A stretch of 35,921 bases of DNA, from IMG/VR virus record IMGVR_UViG_3300017978_000288, positions 1 to 35,921 of that record; one strand, 5' to 3'. The notes beneath the pieces are model-generated. The model searched no databases. It was not told where the DNA came from and saw only the letters and a list, made by a program, of their open reading frames with translations. Of the stretch, positions 1-10,029 are shown piece by piece; position 1 is the stretch's first letter, and each line of letters begins with the position of its first letter. A program made the position numbers and the translations under genes. Source of the stretch: a virus.

Positions 1-55
1 AATCAGTATTTTTTGACATCTTATTTTGCTTCTATTTTTGCATTTAATTCTTGAA
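1..55. repeat. Terminal direct overlap, copy 1 (identical to 35867..35921); the contig is a circularly closed complete genome
   Basis: Bases 1-55 (aatcagtattttttgacatc...taattcttgaa) recur exactly as the last 55 bases of the window. ORFs read cleanly across the junction. Confidence 0.95.
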
Positions 56-3000
56 TTGCTTTAACTAATGCAGCAATTATTGGTCTATCAGATAAGCCTA
101 TAAAATCACCATCTTCAACATAAGCCTGTGGAATATATTTTTTAACTTCTTGTGCAATAAATCCCAAAGTTTTTTTATCTAAATTATTTTCAGATTTCAT
201 TCTGTATAAAGTAGGCTTTAAATTTAAAACTTCATTTAAGCCAATTTTTGATTCTTCAAAATCTTTCTTTTTATTGACATCTGACAAAGGAGTATAAATA
301 CCATTGCTTGGATTAATGCTTGCTATATTCCCGATATTTGAATTAAACAAAAATGGTGTTCCTGATGTTGCATACCAACCAAAGATGGTGCTTGAACTTC
401 TATCTCTAAAAAAGAAACCTGCATTACCACCTGTAGTTCCTACACTACCTTCAACATGAAGTTTGTCATTTGGATTACTCATGCCTATTCCGACTTTTCC
501 ATCTAATGCAATTCGCATTCTTTCCCCTAATACACCACCAATTCGAGTATTAAATACTAATGTTCCATTACCTGTATTTCCACTCTCATCCCAACTTTGA
601 ATTTGTGCTTTAATTTCTGCATTAAATCCTACAAAGTTTATGTTTAAAAATTTTCTATCAGCACTAATTCCATATTGATTATTTGTTGTAATTGCTAATG
701 TCGTATTACTACCAACTGCATCACCTGTTGCAACTCCTAATGTCAATAAATTGCTTGGGGTTCTTGTTCCAATGCCAACATTACCACCATTAGGATTTAA
801 TGAAAGATTATAATTAACACCTAAATTACCTGCATTTGTTGCTTGAATCCATGCGTAAGTAGTTGCAACATTCATTCCAAAATCTAAAACTTCACCATAA
901 AGTCCATTTGCAGCAATTAATCTAAATATACCATTTTGTGTTGAACCACTTGTCGCAGGAATACCTTGATTAAAACCTGTTACACCTTGATTAACCATCA
1001 ATTTTTGTGATGGATTAGTTAAATTAATTCCTACATTGCCATTGGCTAAAATTCTTAATTTCTCACTATTATTTGTAAATAATGCTAATCCATGATTTGT
1101 TTCTGTACCAATGTATGATGCACCAAAAGCATTATCAGCAAACATTTTAACTCTCATTGCACCTGTTGTACTTTCTGCATAAATACCTGCTCCTGTTGTA
1201 TTTGATGCTTGAACGGTAGTATAACCTGAATATGCTAATGGTGCATTTGTTCCAATTCCTAAATTACCACTTGATGTAAGAGCCATTCTATATGCTCCAT
1301 TACCATACCAAAATAAAGTATTTGCAGAATCTTCTGTATAATTATACCAATTAGTTGTTCCATTGGTCTGCCATTGAAATCCAGCTTGCGAAGTTGTAGT
1401 TCCTCTATTAGCTAAAAAATATGTTGTGCCACTTGATGTTGCACGAATGTTTCCTGAAACTTCTAATGGTACACTTGGATTAGTTAATCCAATTCCAACA
1501 TTACCAGAAGATGCAATAGTAAATAAATCAGAATAACTAACCGCTGCGTTTGCTAATCCAACACCTGCATAGCTATAAATTAAATTACCATTATTTGCAA
1601 TTTGTAATTTACCAGAAGGATTAGCACTATCTACATATTTAAAACCTGAATCAAAATATGCACCATTTGTAATATGAAAATTAGATGCACCAATTAAAAA
1701 GAACTTATTAGCTATATTTAATTGATTTAAGGAAGTTGTATTTATTGTTAAAGTGTCGATAAATCTTCCTGTACCACTAACATCTAATTTATAAGCAGGT
1801 GATGCAGTACCAATACCAACATTTGTACCGTTATCAAATATCAATGAATTAGTCAAGTTTGAACTTCCCGACCATTTAGGAATGTAATTAGTAGTTCCTG
1901 CTCCTGTAAGCCCTGATGTTAAGCTTGCAACATAATTGATAATATCAACAATATCATTTGCTACAACACCTATTGCTAAAACAACAGTAGTACCATTAGT
2001 AGCAGTATAATCAGCATAGTTTAATCTTGCACCATTTACAAATACATCAACCAAGCCAGCAGTATAACCTCCAACAATAGTAAATGTAGTTTGCCCTCCT
2101 GTCGCAACAAAAGAGGAAATATTACGCATTCCCGAACCTGGTGTAATTGTCCAAGCCCTATCAGCAGTTAAGTCATAAGAAGTACCATTAATACTTAATA
2201 AACGAGATGCAGGAGTATAAATAGTATTATCATAGCTGATTGTACTACCACTAACCTTAACGAATCCTGTACCACTTAAAGCACTTTGTTTTGAATTAAA
2301 ATTAGACCAATCAGTTGAACTTAAAAATCCATTAACAGATGCAGATGATTGACTAATACTAATAACACCACTTGTAATAGATAGTGGGGCAGAAGCAGTT
2401 AAAGATGAACCCGTAGAAACACTACCATCAGCCATTAAGTATTGACTTGATGTACCACCACTTTTCTTGATAGAAGAAGCAATTAATGAACCATTGATTT
2501 GAACTAAATCAACTCCATTATCAGTAGTCGTACCCCAAAGTAATCTACCATTTGAATTAACTCTACCTCTTTCACTATTTTCTACTAAGAAAGCCAAAGA
2601 ATGAAATGTAGATGTACCAACTTGAAATACACTATTAAAGGTGTTCATAAAACCCTTAATAGACATATCATAATGATTAACACCTAAGAATCCTGCTCCT
2701 GTCTTTCCTCTGACAATCAATTGTGTAGCACCAGCAACATAAGTTGGAGTTTGACCAACAAACACATTACCATCACTATTAATCCCCATCTTTTCTGATT
2801 GAGAACCATTAGTGTAGAATTGAATACCACTACCTGCTTTCTTAGATGCAATTGCAGCATCAATAGAAGTGCTAGCTTGATAGTAAGCATCAGCACCAAA
2901 CATTGCAGTTTCAGCACCATTCTGGTAAGCACTAAACATACCTCCACCTGTTGGACTATTATTATCTAAGATAACATTAGTATAGGCAGTAGTACCCTTC

Positions 3001-4007
3001 ATGTGCAATAAAGCAGTAGGAGTAATTGTACCTAATCCAACCAATGAACCATTAGTCCAAAAAGGAGAATTAAGCATTAATGATGTATTGTCGTAGTAAG
3101 GTAGATAACCTTGTGTACCAAATATGTTTCTATTTTTCCATAATTCAGTTACACTATCATAGACAATAATATTTTTATTTAATGGATTTAATATTTGAAC
3201 ATCATGTATTTCTTTTAACTCAAAACCATTCTGTACTTTAACAAATATTTCACCATTATTATTATTAGAACGAGTAACAATACCTATAAACACTAAGTGT
3301 GCAGGAGCATAAGGCTTATTAGTTAATCCATAAATTAATGCACCATCAACACCAAGCCAAACAGGGTCGCCAGCATTAGCAGAAGAAGTATTAAGACCTG
3401 TAAGTAATCCCTCTGTGATAACAAAACCCTTAGCATTAATATTTAAGTTTTGAGCAATTAAGCCCATAGTTTTAGATGAAAAAGCTTCATTAACATTAGA
3501 AGCCTTAGAAACAATCATGTTAGTTCCATCAGCACCCGAAACATATACTGCTTGACCTTTTGTTAAAACAACTCCTGCTTTTACCTCATGCTTTAATTGA
3601 CTTGTCCAATCTGCAACATTATCAATCCATTCTGCATTATAGTCATCTGCATCAATCTTAGATAAGATTTGACCTGCCGTACCTCCTGTTGGTAATCCAT
3701 TAAGAGCATTAGCAATAATAATACCCATAACCACATTGTTAATCAATGGGCTATCAGGATAAACACGAACATTACGAGTATAGTTAATATTCCACTCTGA
3801 ACCATGAGAACGAATCCAAACATAGAAGTCAGTCATTACAGTAACTTCTACATCTATATCTGGGTCATCTAATTGGTAAGTGGCAGGAGTTGTACCAGGA
3901 AATGTTCCTGCAATGGTAAAACCATAGTCAATATTACCCTGAGGAGGCATTGGTACAAAGCCTTCGGAAGTAAACTCTTGAAATACTCTTAATGTCTTAA
4001 TTGCCAT
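21..4007 (-). CDS. Long tail fibre / receptor-binding protein with C-terminal auto-cleaving intramolecular chaperone (peptidase S74-like) domain
   Basis: 1328-aa ORF after the tail-tip genes. GGTAGQILSKIDADDYNAEW motif near the N-terminus. At least six GN(V/L)GIG..P...L.V.G repeats. The last ~87 aa (nt 24-284), LSDVNKKKDF...LGFIAQEVKKYIP...IAALVKAIQELNAKIE, look like the chaperone domain of phage fibres and spikes. Confidence 0.8.
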   Translation of the reverse strand: MAIKTLRVFQEFTSEGFVPMPPQGNIDYGFTIAGTFPGTTPATYQLDDPDIDVEVTVMTDFYVWIRSHGSEWNINYTRNVRVYPDSPLINNVVMGIIIANALNGLPTGGTAGQILSKIDADDYNAEWIDNVADWTSQLKHEVKAGVVLTKGQAVYVSGADGTNMIVSKASNVNEAFSSKTMGLIAQNLNINAKGFVITEGLLTGLNTSSANAGDPVWLGVDGALIYGLTNKPYAPAHLVFIGIVTRSNNNNGEIFVKVQNGFELKEIHDVQILNPLNKNIIVYDSVTELWKNRNIFGTQGYLPYYDNTSLMLNSPFWTNGSLVGLGTITPTALLHMKGTTAYTNVILDNNSPTGGGMFSAYQNGAETAMFGADAYYQASTSIDAAIASKKAGSGIQFYTNGSQSEKMGINSDGNVFVGQTPTYVAGATQLIVRGKTGAGFLGVNHYDMSIKGFMNTFNSVFQVGTSTFHSLAFLVENSERGRVNSNGRLLWGTTTDNGVDLVQINGSLIASSIKKSGGTSSQYLMADGSVSTGSSLTASAPLSITSGVISISQSSASVNGFLSSTDWSNFNSKQSALSGTGFVKVSGSTISYDNTIYTPASRLLSINGTSYDLTADRAWTITPGSGMRNISSFVATGGQTTFTIVGGYTAGLVDVFVNGARLNYADYTATNGTTVVLAIGVVANDIVDIINYVASLTSGLTGAGTTNYIPKWSGSSNLTNSLIFDNGTNVGIGTASPAYKLDVSGTGRFIDTLTINTTSLNQLNIANKFFLIGASNFHITNGAYFDSGFKYVDSANPSGKLQIANNGNLIYSYAGVGLANAAVSYSDLFTIASSGNVGIGLTNPSVPLEVSGNIRATSSGTTYFLANRGTTTSQAGFQWQTNGTTNWYNYTEDSANTLFWYGNGAYRMALTSSGNLGIGTNAPLAYSGYTTVQASNTTGAGIYAESTTGAMRVKMFADNAFGASYIGTETNHGLALFTNNSEKLRILANGNVGINLTNPSQKLMVNQGVTGFNQGIPATSGSTQNGIFRLIAANGLYGEVLDFGMNVATTYAWIQATNAGNLGVNYNLSLNPNGGNVGIGTRTPSNLLTLGVATGDAVGSNTTLAITTNNQYGISADRKFLNINFVGFNAEIKAQIQSWDESGNTGNGTLVFNTRIGGVLGERMRIALDGKVGIGMSNPNDKLHVEGSVGTTGGNAGFFFRDRSSSTIFGWYATSGTPFLFNSNIGNIASINPSNGIYTPLSDVNKKKDFEESKIGLNEVLNLKPTLYRMKSENNLDKKTLGFIAQEVKKYIPQAYVEDGDFIGLSDRPIIAALVKAIQELNAKIEAK

Positions 4008-4012
4008 TTGTT

Positions 4013-4597
4013 CTATTCTTTTTGTCCGATTGGGCTAATCCAACAATCTTCCGTATAAACCTTTGTATAATAAGCCAAATTTACATTATCTGAACCACTA
4101 CTACAAGAGAGATGCTTCTCTAATGTTGGATAAGAATCTGTTTCATCGTAAATGGTGTCTAAGTTAGTCCAAGTGATTGCAGTAGGTAAGGTTGTTTCTA
4201 AATCTAAGGAGTAGTTAAATTCGATTTCCCCATCTATTTTCTTCATCTCTAACCAAACACCTTCGGTAACTCCAATCGTTGCTGAGGTGCCAAAAGAAAT
4301 GCTTCCATCCACCTTTAATCTTCTATATATCTTTAACACCCCAGTACCATCAAGAAACATTCCAACAAAAGGTACATTATTCTTTGCCTCTTGTCTAAAT
4401 TGTAAACCAGCTTTTGCATCAGGTGTGTTATAATCAAAGGTGTGTAAGTATGCTCTTAAAGTGAAGTCGGAAAGAAACTCAGTCCAACCATAAATATATC
4501 CTGTATCTTCTGAATCTATAAAATCTCCACTACCAAACATTTGTATCTTGCTTCGACTTATATAATAAAAGTAACCTATTTCTCTTTGTGTTGGCAT
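4013..4597 (-). CDS. Hypothetical protein, tail/baseplate module (position-based)
   Basis: 194-aa ORF ending 5 nt before the fibre gene start. Beta-rich composition, no motif recognised. Confidence 0.7.
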   Translation of the reverse strand: MPTQREIGYFYYISRSKIQMFGSGDFIDSEDTGYIYGWTEFLSDFTLRAYLHTFDYNTPDAKAGLQFRQEAKNNVPFVGMFLDGTGVLKIYRRLKVDGSISFGTSATIGVTEGVWLEMKKIDGEIEFNYSLDLETTLPTAITWTNLDTIYDETDSYPTLEKHLSCSSGSDNVNLAYYTKVYTEDCWISPIGQKE

Positions 4598-4685
4598 TGC
4601 TATTAAGGTTTAAAATCATCCATAAAGAAGGCAACAAATCTATCAAATAATGTTCCTGCACCTCCTGCTTGTCCTAAGTCAGTAC

Positions 4686-6641
4686 CTACCCCATTACGAT
4701 TTTTTTTTTAGAGGAACTAAGTTCCTGATAAACGATATTGCTTTCAATATCAAATAGGGTACAATTTATTCCAGGCTCAATCTCGTTAGGAGTAAGTTCC
4801 ATGAATACAACATCAGCAGTACAATCTCTTTCGTTAAACTTCATTGATAAAGGAAAGAACTTCTTATCAGCTAATGCACCTTGAACTGGGAAGTTGTAGA
4901 TAGCACCATACTCTAAGTCCTTACCAATAATAGTTCCACTAAAAATATTGCGATAATCTGAATATTGATTTAATACATTTCTTACTGATAATTCTTGAAT
5001 CTTATAACCATACTCTTCTTCTCTCTCATAATAAATATCACTAATAACAAATCCATTAGTTGTTATATTAGATTCATCAGTAATAGTATTAGTACCATCT
5101 TGTCTTACAATATAGCTACCATTATAAACCTCAATTGTACTTGGATTGATAGAAGTATCTTTTGGATTAGTAGCAATAGTGCTTTCTAGTGCAAAAGGAA
5201 GTGTAGTGTTAGCACCATAAGTAGATTCAGCATTGAAATAAGTTACAATCTGATTGTACAATCCTTCAAATGCAGGAAAGAAGTACATCTTAAATGTAAC
5301 AGTTCCCTCAAAAGGTACACTAACATTTGTTTCAGAAGTAGTATCAGTCTTGAATATAGATGGCTGATTAGTAGTCCAATTACCATTAACTAAATATTGA
5401 GGATTCTGAACTTGACTTTGTAACTTAACCTCAAATCCTATATAAGACAAAACACCTAATGTATAAGAGAATGTTTCATCTGCTGCAACAAATACACTTG
5501 TTTCTAAGTAAGCACCTAAATCATTAAATGATACTGCCCACTCAGTAGTAGCATTATTTAAACAAGGATAAACATCTCCACCCTTAGTAAAGCTATTCCA
5601 AGTTAATGGTGCAGGAGGAGTTCCCGATGCAGCATCAAGAAGTGTTAAGGTAGCATCACCACCTAATCCATCTGTTTGATATTTCTGATAAGTCCAAACA
5701 CCTGGTAAGTCCTTACTGAATATATTAAAGTTGCTATTAAAAATAGTATCACCATTGTAATACTGATAATCAATTTGTGCTTGCTTATAAAACCTACGAA
5801 TCTTTCTTTTAGGTTCTGCTACAATTAAGAAGTCAGTTCCATGATTGTATTGCTTAATAGTGCCTGAGCCAGTATATACTCCATCTTTATCATACTTATC
5901 AGTAGTGTAGATACCAAAAGCTAAATCCTTAGGCTTAACAATAAACCATTGACCTCTATTCTGATACATTACAACATTAAACAAATAAGATAGTGATTTC
6001 ATAATCACATCAACACCAAAAGGTTGATTCCCCTTTTGTCTGAACACATTTGTGTATGTTCCAATAATATCAATGATTCTATCAATAGGTAAAGGATTCT
6101 TATTCTTTAATTTTAACAATACATTGAAACTATAATTATATCCAATAAATCTTAATGCACTTGCAATAATATCTTTAAATGAATTAAAGCCATACATTAC
6201 ACGACCAGTAGTTTCTCTTAGTTGTGCGTTCTTAAATGCACTAAGTCCATCAATAGTCTTAAATTCAATAGCAGGATACTTTAAGAATATATCTTCCTCA
6301 CATAACTCAGGAGAAACAAAGCCTGTCCAAAATAAAGCACCATCACGATAATATTCTAACACATATTCTTTCTCATCTTCTGAGATAATAGAATCCATAT
6401 TAATTGCACCACCTAAGACCTTAAATGACAACACGCTACCACGAATAGGGTAGAAGATGTCATCATCAGCAGTAGGATAATCAATCTCAACAGGGGTTGC
6501 TTGACCATAAGGTATTTCGGTAATAGCACCACTATAATTTCTTTTTAAGATTAAAACCTTGCACTTTGTAGTTAGTAAAGTTGCAAATGGCTTACAAGTT
6601 CCATCAAATTCAAATTGGTATTTAGTTCCGTATCCTATCAT
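4686..6641 (-). CDS. Tail-tip / distal tail protein candidate (position-based)
   Basis: 651-aa ORF whose ATG overlaps the tape-measure stop (6638-6641). It occupies the Dit/Tal position of siphovirus gene order. No catalytic motif recognised. Confidence 0.6.
   Translation of the reverse strand: MIGYGTKYQFEFDGTCKPFATLLTTKCKVLILKRNYSGAITEIPYGQATPVEIDYPTADDDIFYPIRGSVLSFKVLGGAINMDSIISEDEKEYVLEYYRDGALFWTGFVSPELCEEDIFLKYPAIEFKTIDGLSAFKNAQLRETTGRVMYGFNSFKDIIASALRFIGYNYSFNVLLKLKNKNPLPIDRIIDIIGTYTNVFRQKGNQPFGVDVIMKSLSYLFNVVMYQNRGQWFIVKPKDLAFGIYTTDKYDKDGVYTGSGTIKQYNHGTDFLIVAEPKRKIRRFYKQAQIDYQYYNGDTIFNSNFNIFSKDLPGVWTYQKYQTDGLGGDATLTLLDAASGTPPAPLTWNSFTKGGDVYPCLNNATTEWAVSFNDLGAYLETSVFVAADETFSYTLGVLSYIGFEVKLQSQVQNPQYLVNGNWTTNQPSIFKTDTTSETNVSVPFEGTVTFKMYFFPAFEGLYNQIVTYFNAESTYGANTTLPFALESTIATNPKDTSINPSTIEVYNGSYIVRQDGTNTITDESNITTNGFVISDIYYEREEEYGYKIQELSVRNVLNQYSDYRNIFSGTIIGKDLEYGAIYNFPVQGALADKKFFPLSMKFNERDCTADVVFMELTPNEIEPGINCTLFDIESNIVYQELSSSKKKIVMG
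4700..4709 (-). other. A10 homopolymer (T10 on plus strand) four codons before the stop of the 651-aa tail gene; candidate slippage site
   Basis: Minus strand reads TCT AAA AAA AAA ATC GTA ATG GGG TAG. The -1 frame stays open from the run to a TAA at 4603-4605, filling the 88-nt gap before the next gene. Confidence 0.4.
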
Positions 6642-8848
6642 TGTCTGCCTGTTACTCTAAGTGTTGTTTCTAATGATTTATTAATCTGATAACCTGTTTG
6701 AGTTGCAGTAATTGCTCCTGTAAGGTCAATAGCTAATCTAAGAGTTTGTGATGGGAAAGAAGAACCACCATAGCTATAATTGCTACCTGATGACCTTTGA
6801 GCAACTGATTGACCTTGCCCTGTTTGCATCCCTCCCGCAACTGTGTTTCTTGGTCTTGATAAAGCAGAACCAGCACCTTTAAGAAGTCCACCGATTGCCA
6901 TCATTGCAAGACCACCTGCTAATCCTGCTGCTACACCAAATGGAGAAAACATATTATATAAAAATTTTTGTACAGTTGCCATAGCCTTAGATGCAACTAC
7001 AACACCCATTCCTATTTTAACAAACATATCTCCTAATGCAGATAATATACTTGCACCAAAAACCTTAATGGCATCTGCACCATTACCACCTTCCCCAATT
7101 GCAACAAACATATCAGCAAAAGATGATACAACTCTTTGTGTCATTTCTTCAACTGATGCAGCAATAGTTCTACCAATATCTTGAAAAGCGAACTTTGCTT
7201 TTTGTGCAAATATCTGAACACCTAAAAGTGCTATTTGTGTTGATGCACTAAATTTTGCTAATTGCTCAGGCGATAAAATTTGACCTAACATACCACCCTC
7301 CATTCCTGGCAATGGCTTAACTAATGACATTAAAGCAGCTTTTCTTTCTGTATCAATCTCAGTTTGTAATTGAGATACTTTAAGTAAATAAGCCCTAGTA
7401 ATATTTTCAGTATCTACTCCATATCTTTGGAACTCAGCCTTTTGCTTAGTAAAAGCATCAGCTAAATCAGCTAATCTTTTTCTTGCTCCTGTTAATCCAA
7501 TGTTATTTATTTCAGTTACAGAATCTGCACTAATTTGTTGAAGCTTCTTTAACTTATTGCCATACTCCTTAGTTTGGAAATCTACACCTGGAACTACCTC
7601 AACTCTTTGAGAAGCTTTTCTTGTAGAAGGTTTTTTACTTGGAGTTTCACTTAAACCTGTAAGTGCACTATCATCAACCTTTGGCAAAGCCATTGGTTTA
7701 GCATTATCAATCTTAGTGAACTTCCCAACAATAAAATCAATTGCTTTCCCAAGAACTCCTATACCATTAACTAATTGAAATATTCTTTTATAAATGTTAG
7801 CGAAAAAGTTAATAACAGGTGCATAAACATTATTAACCATAAACATAAATACCTTAGCAAGACCTTGCCAAAGATTTATTGCACCAATCAAAACTGCTAC
7901 TAATAATTTTAATGAAGTCTTAATATTGTCAATGACCATTGAAACCATTTGACCAACTGCCTCATTAGATTGTAATGCAGTTTTAAGGTCATTCATGAAT
8001 TGAAGTATTCCTGTAACTGCACTTGGTAAATCAAAAGCCTTAACCATTGCTTGACCAATTTCACCTAATGCAAAAGTTGTACTTTCAGCTAACTTAGCAT
8101 ACAAACCACCAATAGTCTTAGATTGTTCCTCAGCCATCTTATAATGACTTCCACCCTCACTTGTTGCATAAATAAAAGCATCACCTAAGTCTTTAACAGA
8201 AATCTGTCCATCGTGCATCTTTTGTGTCAATGTTGCCATTGATTGACCAGTTGCTTCTGAAATAGCTTTTAATGGATTGAATCCTGCGTTAATCATTTGG
8301 CGAGCCTCTTGACCCATCAAACGACCTGCTGCATTTACTTGACCAAATGCTAATGCTAAACGAGCAAACCTATCAGCATTACCACTTGATATATCACCAA
8401 GCATTCTTGTTGTTGGTATTACTTGCTCAGCAGTAAGTCCATATTGTAATAATGTTTGAGCCCCCTTGGTGATGTCTTGAAATTGCATTGGGGAATTAAG
8501 TGCCTGATTTTTTAAATCAGTAAGCATATTATTTGCAACTTCTGCACTACCTGTAAATACTCTAAATGATACTGAAATTTGTTCTAATTCAGCAGCCGTT
8601 GTTAATGCAGCTTTACCTATACCTACAATACCAGAAACGATACCAGCAGTTGTTAAAGCTAGACCCATTGCACCAAATGCTTGTGAAATAGCATTAGCAG
8701 TATTATCCATACTACCACTAATTCTATTACCACTTCTTTGTGTAGTAGATGCTAATTGAGATAATTGACTTGACAAGCGATTAAGCTTGCTTATCGCATC
8801 ATCTACATCTGCACCAATCTTTATATAAAACTCATTAGTTTCTGCCAT
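6638..8848 (-). CDS. Tail tape measure protein
   Basis: 736 aa, immediately after the chaperone pair. Helical/coiled-coil N-terminus and Gly/Ala-rich hydrophobic stretches (GIVSGIVGIGKAALTTAA; GVAAGLAGGLAMMAIGGLLKGAG). Confidence 0.85.
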   Translation of the reverse strand: MAETNEFYIKIGADVDDAISKLNRLSSQLSQLASTTQRSGNRISGSMDNTANAISQAFGAMGLALTTAGIVSGIVGIGKAALTTAAELEQISVSFRVFTGSAEVANNMLTDLKNQALNSPMQFQDITKGAQTLLQYGLTAEQVIPTTRMLGDISSGNADRFARLALAFGQVNAAGRLMGQEARQMINAGFNPLKAISEATGQSMATLTQKMHDGQISVKDLGDAFIYATSEGGSHYKMAEEQSKTIGGLYAKLAESTTFALGEIGQAMVKAFDLPSAVTGILQFMNDLKTALQSNEAVGQMVSMVIDNIKTSLKLLVAVLIGAINLWQGLAKVFMFMVNNVYAPVINFFANIYKRIFQLVNGIGVLGKAIDFIVGKFTKIDNAKPMALPKVDDSALTGLSETPSKKPSTRKASQRVEVVPGVDFQTKEYGNKLKKLQQISADSVTEINNIGLTGARKRLADLADAFTKQKAEFQRYGVDTENITRAYLLKVSQLQTEIDTERKAALMSLVKPLPGMEGGMLGQILSPEQLAKFSASTQIALLGVQIFAQKAKFAFQDIGRTIAASVEEMTQRVVSSFADMFVAIGEGGNGADAIKVFGASILSALGDMFVKIGMGVVVASKAMATVQKFLYNMFSPFGVAAGLAGGLAMMAIGGLLKGAGSALSRPRNTVAGGMQTGQGQSVAQRSSGSNYSYGGSSFPSQTLRLAIDLTGAITATQTGYQINKSLETTLRVTGRQ

Positions 8849-9141
8849 TACTGAATAGAATTAACCCACTTTTTAACTATTTCATCCGAAAGATACTCTT
8901 TTTCTTTTGATTTTTCTAAATCCTTACCTATATTGTCCACCCACAATGGAATAAGGTCTTTTGGTTGCTTCATATCCTTTCCTCCCATAGCTGCCAAAGA
9001 AGCCCACATTTGGTGTCTTGTTAAATCCCACTCCTCTGCCTTTCTAAACTCAAAGCCATGCTCATAGTCAAGAAATTCTCCTAAGGTCATTCTTTTCCAC
9101 TCCCACGGCTTTAAACCAGTTCTATAAATTCTTGTGAGCAT
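8848..9141 (-). CDS. Tail assembly chaperone, frameshift-extension (T-like) part
   Basis: 97-aa ORF in the -1 frame relative to 9159..9530. That frame is open back through the A-run with no stop (..KKKVVISWGNMLTRIY..). Lies just upstream of the tape measure gene. Confidence 0.7.
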   Translation of the reverse strand: MLTRIYRTGLKPWEWKRMTLGEFLDYEHGFEFRKAEEWDLTRHQMWASLAAMGGKDMKQPKDLIPLWVDNIGKDLEKSKEKEYLSDEIVKKWVNSIQ

Positions 9142-9158
9142 ATTGCCCCAACTAATAA

Positions 9159-9530
9159 CTACTTTTTTTTTGCTTGCGTAGTTTTAGGAGTATCTAAATC
9201 ACTAGGCATTAAGTCCTTAGTAATCCACTCAACCACAGTAATTACTTGTGTTTGCATTAACCACTTAGTAGCAATCATTTTAGAAGTCTTAATCTTTGAT
9301 AACAAAGTATCAGCAACTTCATCACTACCATTAATGTACAAGTAATAAATGTGTCCTGATAACATCATATCACGAGTTACTTCAATAAGCTTAGAAGGGT
9401 TGTTCTCGTAATCTTGCATATTAATTAAGTCATTGAAGTCGCCTCCTAACTCCTTAACATACACATCATTAATGCTACCTAGGGAAAAGTCAAAATTGAT
9501 TTTTTTGCCTTCAAAAGTAATACTTCTCAT
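9159..9530 (-). CDS. Tail assembly chaperone (G-like)
   Basis: 123-aa acidic ORF between the major tail and tape measure genes. Ends in GCA AAA AAA AAG TAG. Confidence 0.7.
   Translation of the reverse strand: MRSITFEGKKINFDFSLGSINDVYVKELGGDFNDLINMQDYENNPSKLIEVTRDMMLSGHIYYLYINGSDEVADTLLSKIKTSKMIATKWLMQTQVITVVEWITKDLMPSDLDTPKTTQAKKK
9163..9171 (-). other. Programmed -1 frameshift slippery run (A AAA AAA AAG) joining the G-like and T-like chaperone ORFs
   Basis: T9 on the plus strand equals A9 on the coding strand. Codon bookkeeping shows the downstream ORF frame is exactly -1 and open across the run. Confidence 0.7.
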
Positions 9531-9550
9531 GTTTGTTGTGTTTTGGTTTT

Positions 9551-9582
9551 AACAAAAAGGGTGAAGAAATAAATCCTCACCC
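9551..9582 (-). terminator. Rho-independent terminator after the major tail protein gene
   Basis: Minus strand: GGGTGA-ggatttatttct-TCACCC followed by TTTTTGTT. Confidence 0.7.
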
Positions 9583-9608
9583 CAAATGTAATCAATTATT
9601 TTAGATTA

Positions 9609-10022
9609 TTATGCTGCTACAACATTCTTAGTTAATGCTCCTGTACCTTGCAAAGTAATCTCAACTGTTGCAATCTCTTGGTCGCCAGCTTGTACAGGCT
9701 TAGATTCAACATAAGCCTTTCCTGTAAGAGTTGTATCTGCTACTGTTGCAGTTTTGAAAGATACATCTAATTCAGTTTGGTCTAACCAAGCAGTTAATAA
9801 CTCATCATAAGTGTAGTTAGCACCACCATCTGCGTAATCTACTTGAATTGTAGCAGAGATAGACCAAGCCTTACGACCTGGAATCTGAGTAGCCCATGAG
9901 CCACTATCTTTACTTGAAGTTTCAATCATTGATGTAGATAAATCAATGCTACAAGTAGTTTCGTTTGCTATTTTTTTAGTACCTACAAATATGCGTAGGT
10001 CTGTTCCTTTTACTAATCCCAT
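9609..10022 (-). CDS. Major tail protein (position-based)
   Basis: 137-aa beta-rich ORF upstream of the chaperone pair, followed by its own terminator. Confidence 0.6.
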   Translation of the reverse strand: MGLVKGTDLRIFVGTKKIANETTCSIDLSTSMIETSSKDSGSWATQIPGRKAWSISATIQVDYADGGANYTYDELLTAWLDQTELDVSFKTATVADTTLTGKAYVESKPVQAGDQEIATVEITLQGTGALTKNVVAA

Positions 10023-10029
10023 TTTATTT

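Noticed and set aside
2717-2947. 76-aa ORF on the minus strand nested in another frame of the 1328-aa fibre gene
   Set aside because: It is entirely embedded in a long, motif-supported gene. Its Leu/Val-rich low-complexity translation is typical of an alternate frame of repetitive fibre sequence.
21-4007. Diversity-generating retroelement or phase-variable fibre, considered because of the repeated fibre motifs
   Set aside because: There is no reverse transcriptase gene and no template/variable repeat pair with adenine-specific differences. The repeats are ordinary structural beta-helix-type motifs.
4995-5189. 64-aa plus-strand ORF antisense to the 651-aa tail gene
   Set aside because: A shadow ORF inside a long minus-strand gene. 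It has an Ile/Asn/Ser-rich AT-driven translation and no start context or regulatory signals.
6843-7184. 113-aa plus-strand ORF antisense to the tape measure gene
   Set aside because: Antisense of a Gly/Ala-rich coding stretch, which gives Pro/Ala-rich nonsense. The tape measure frame is continuous and well supported.
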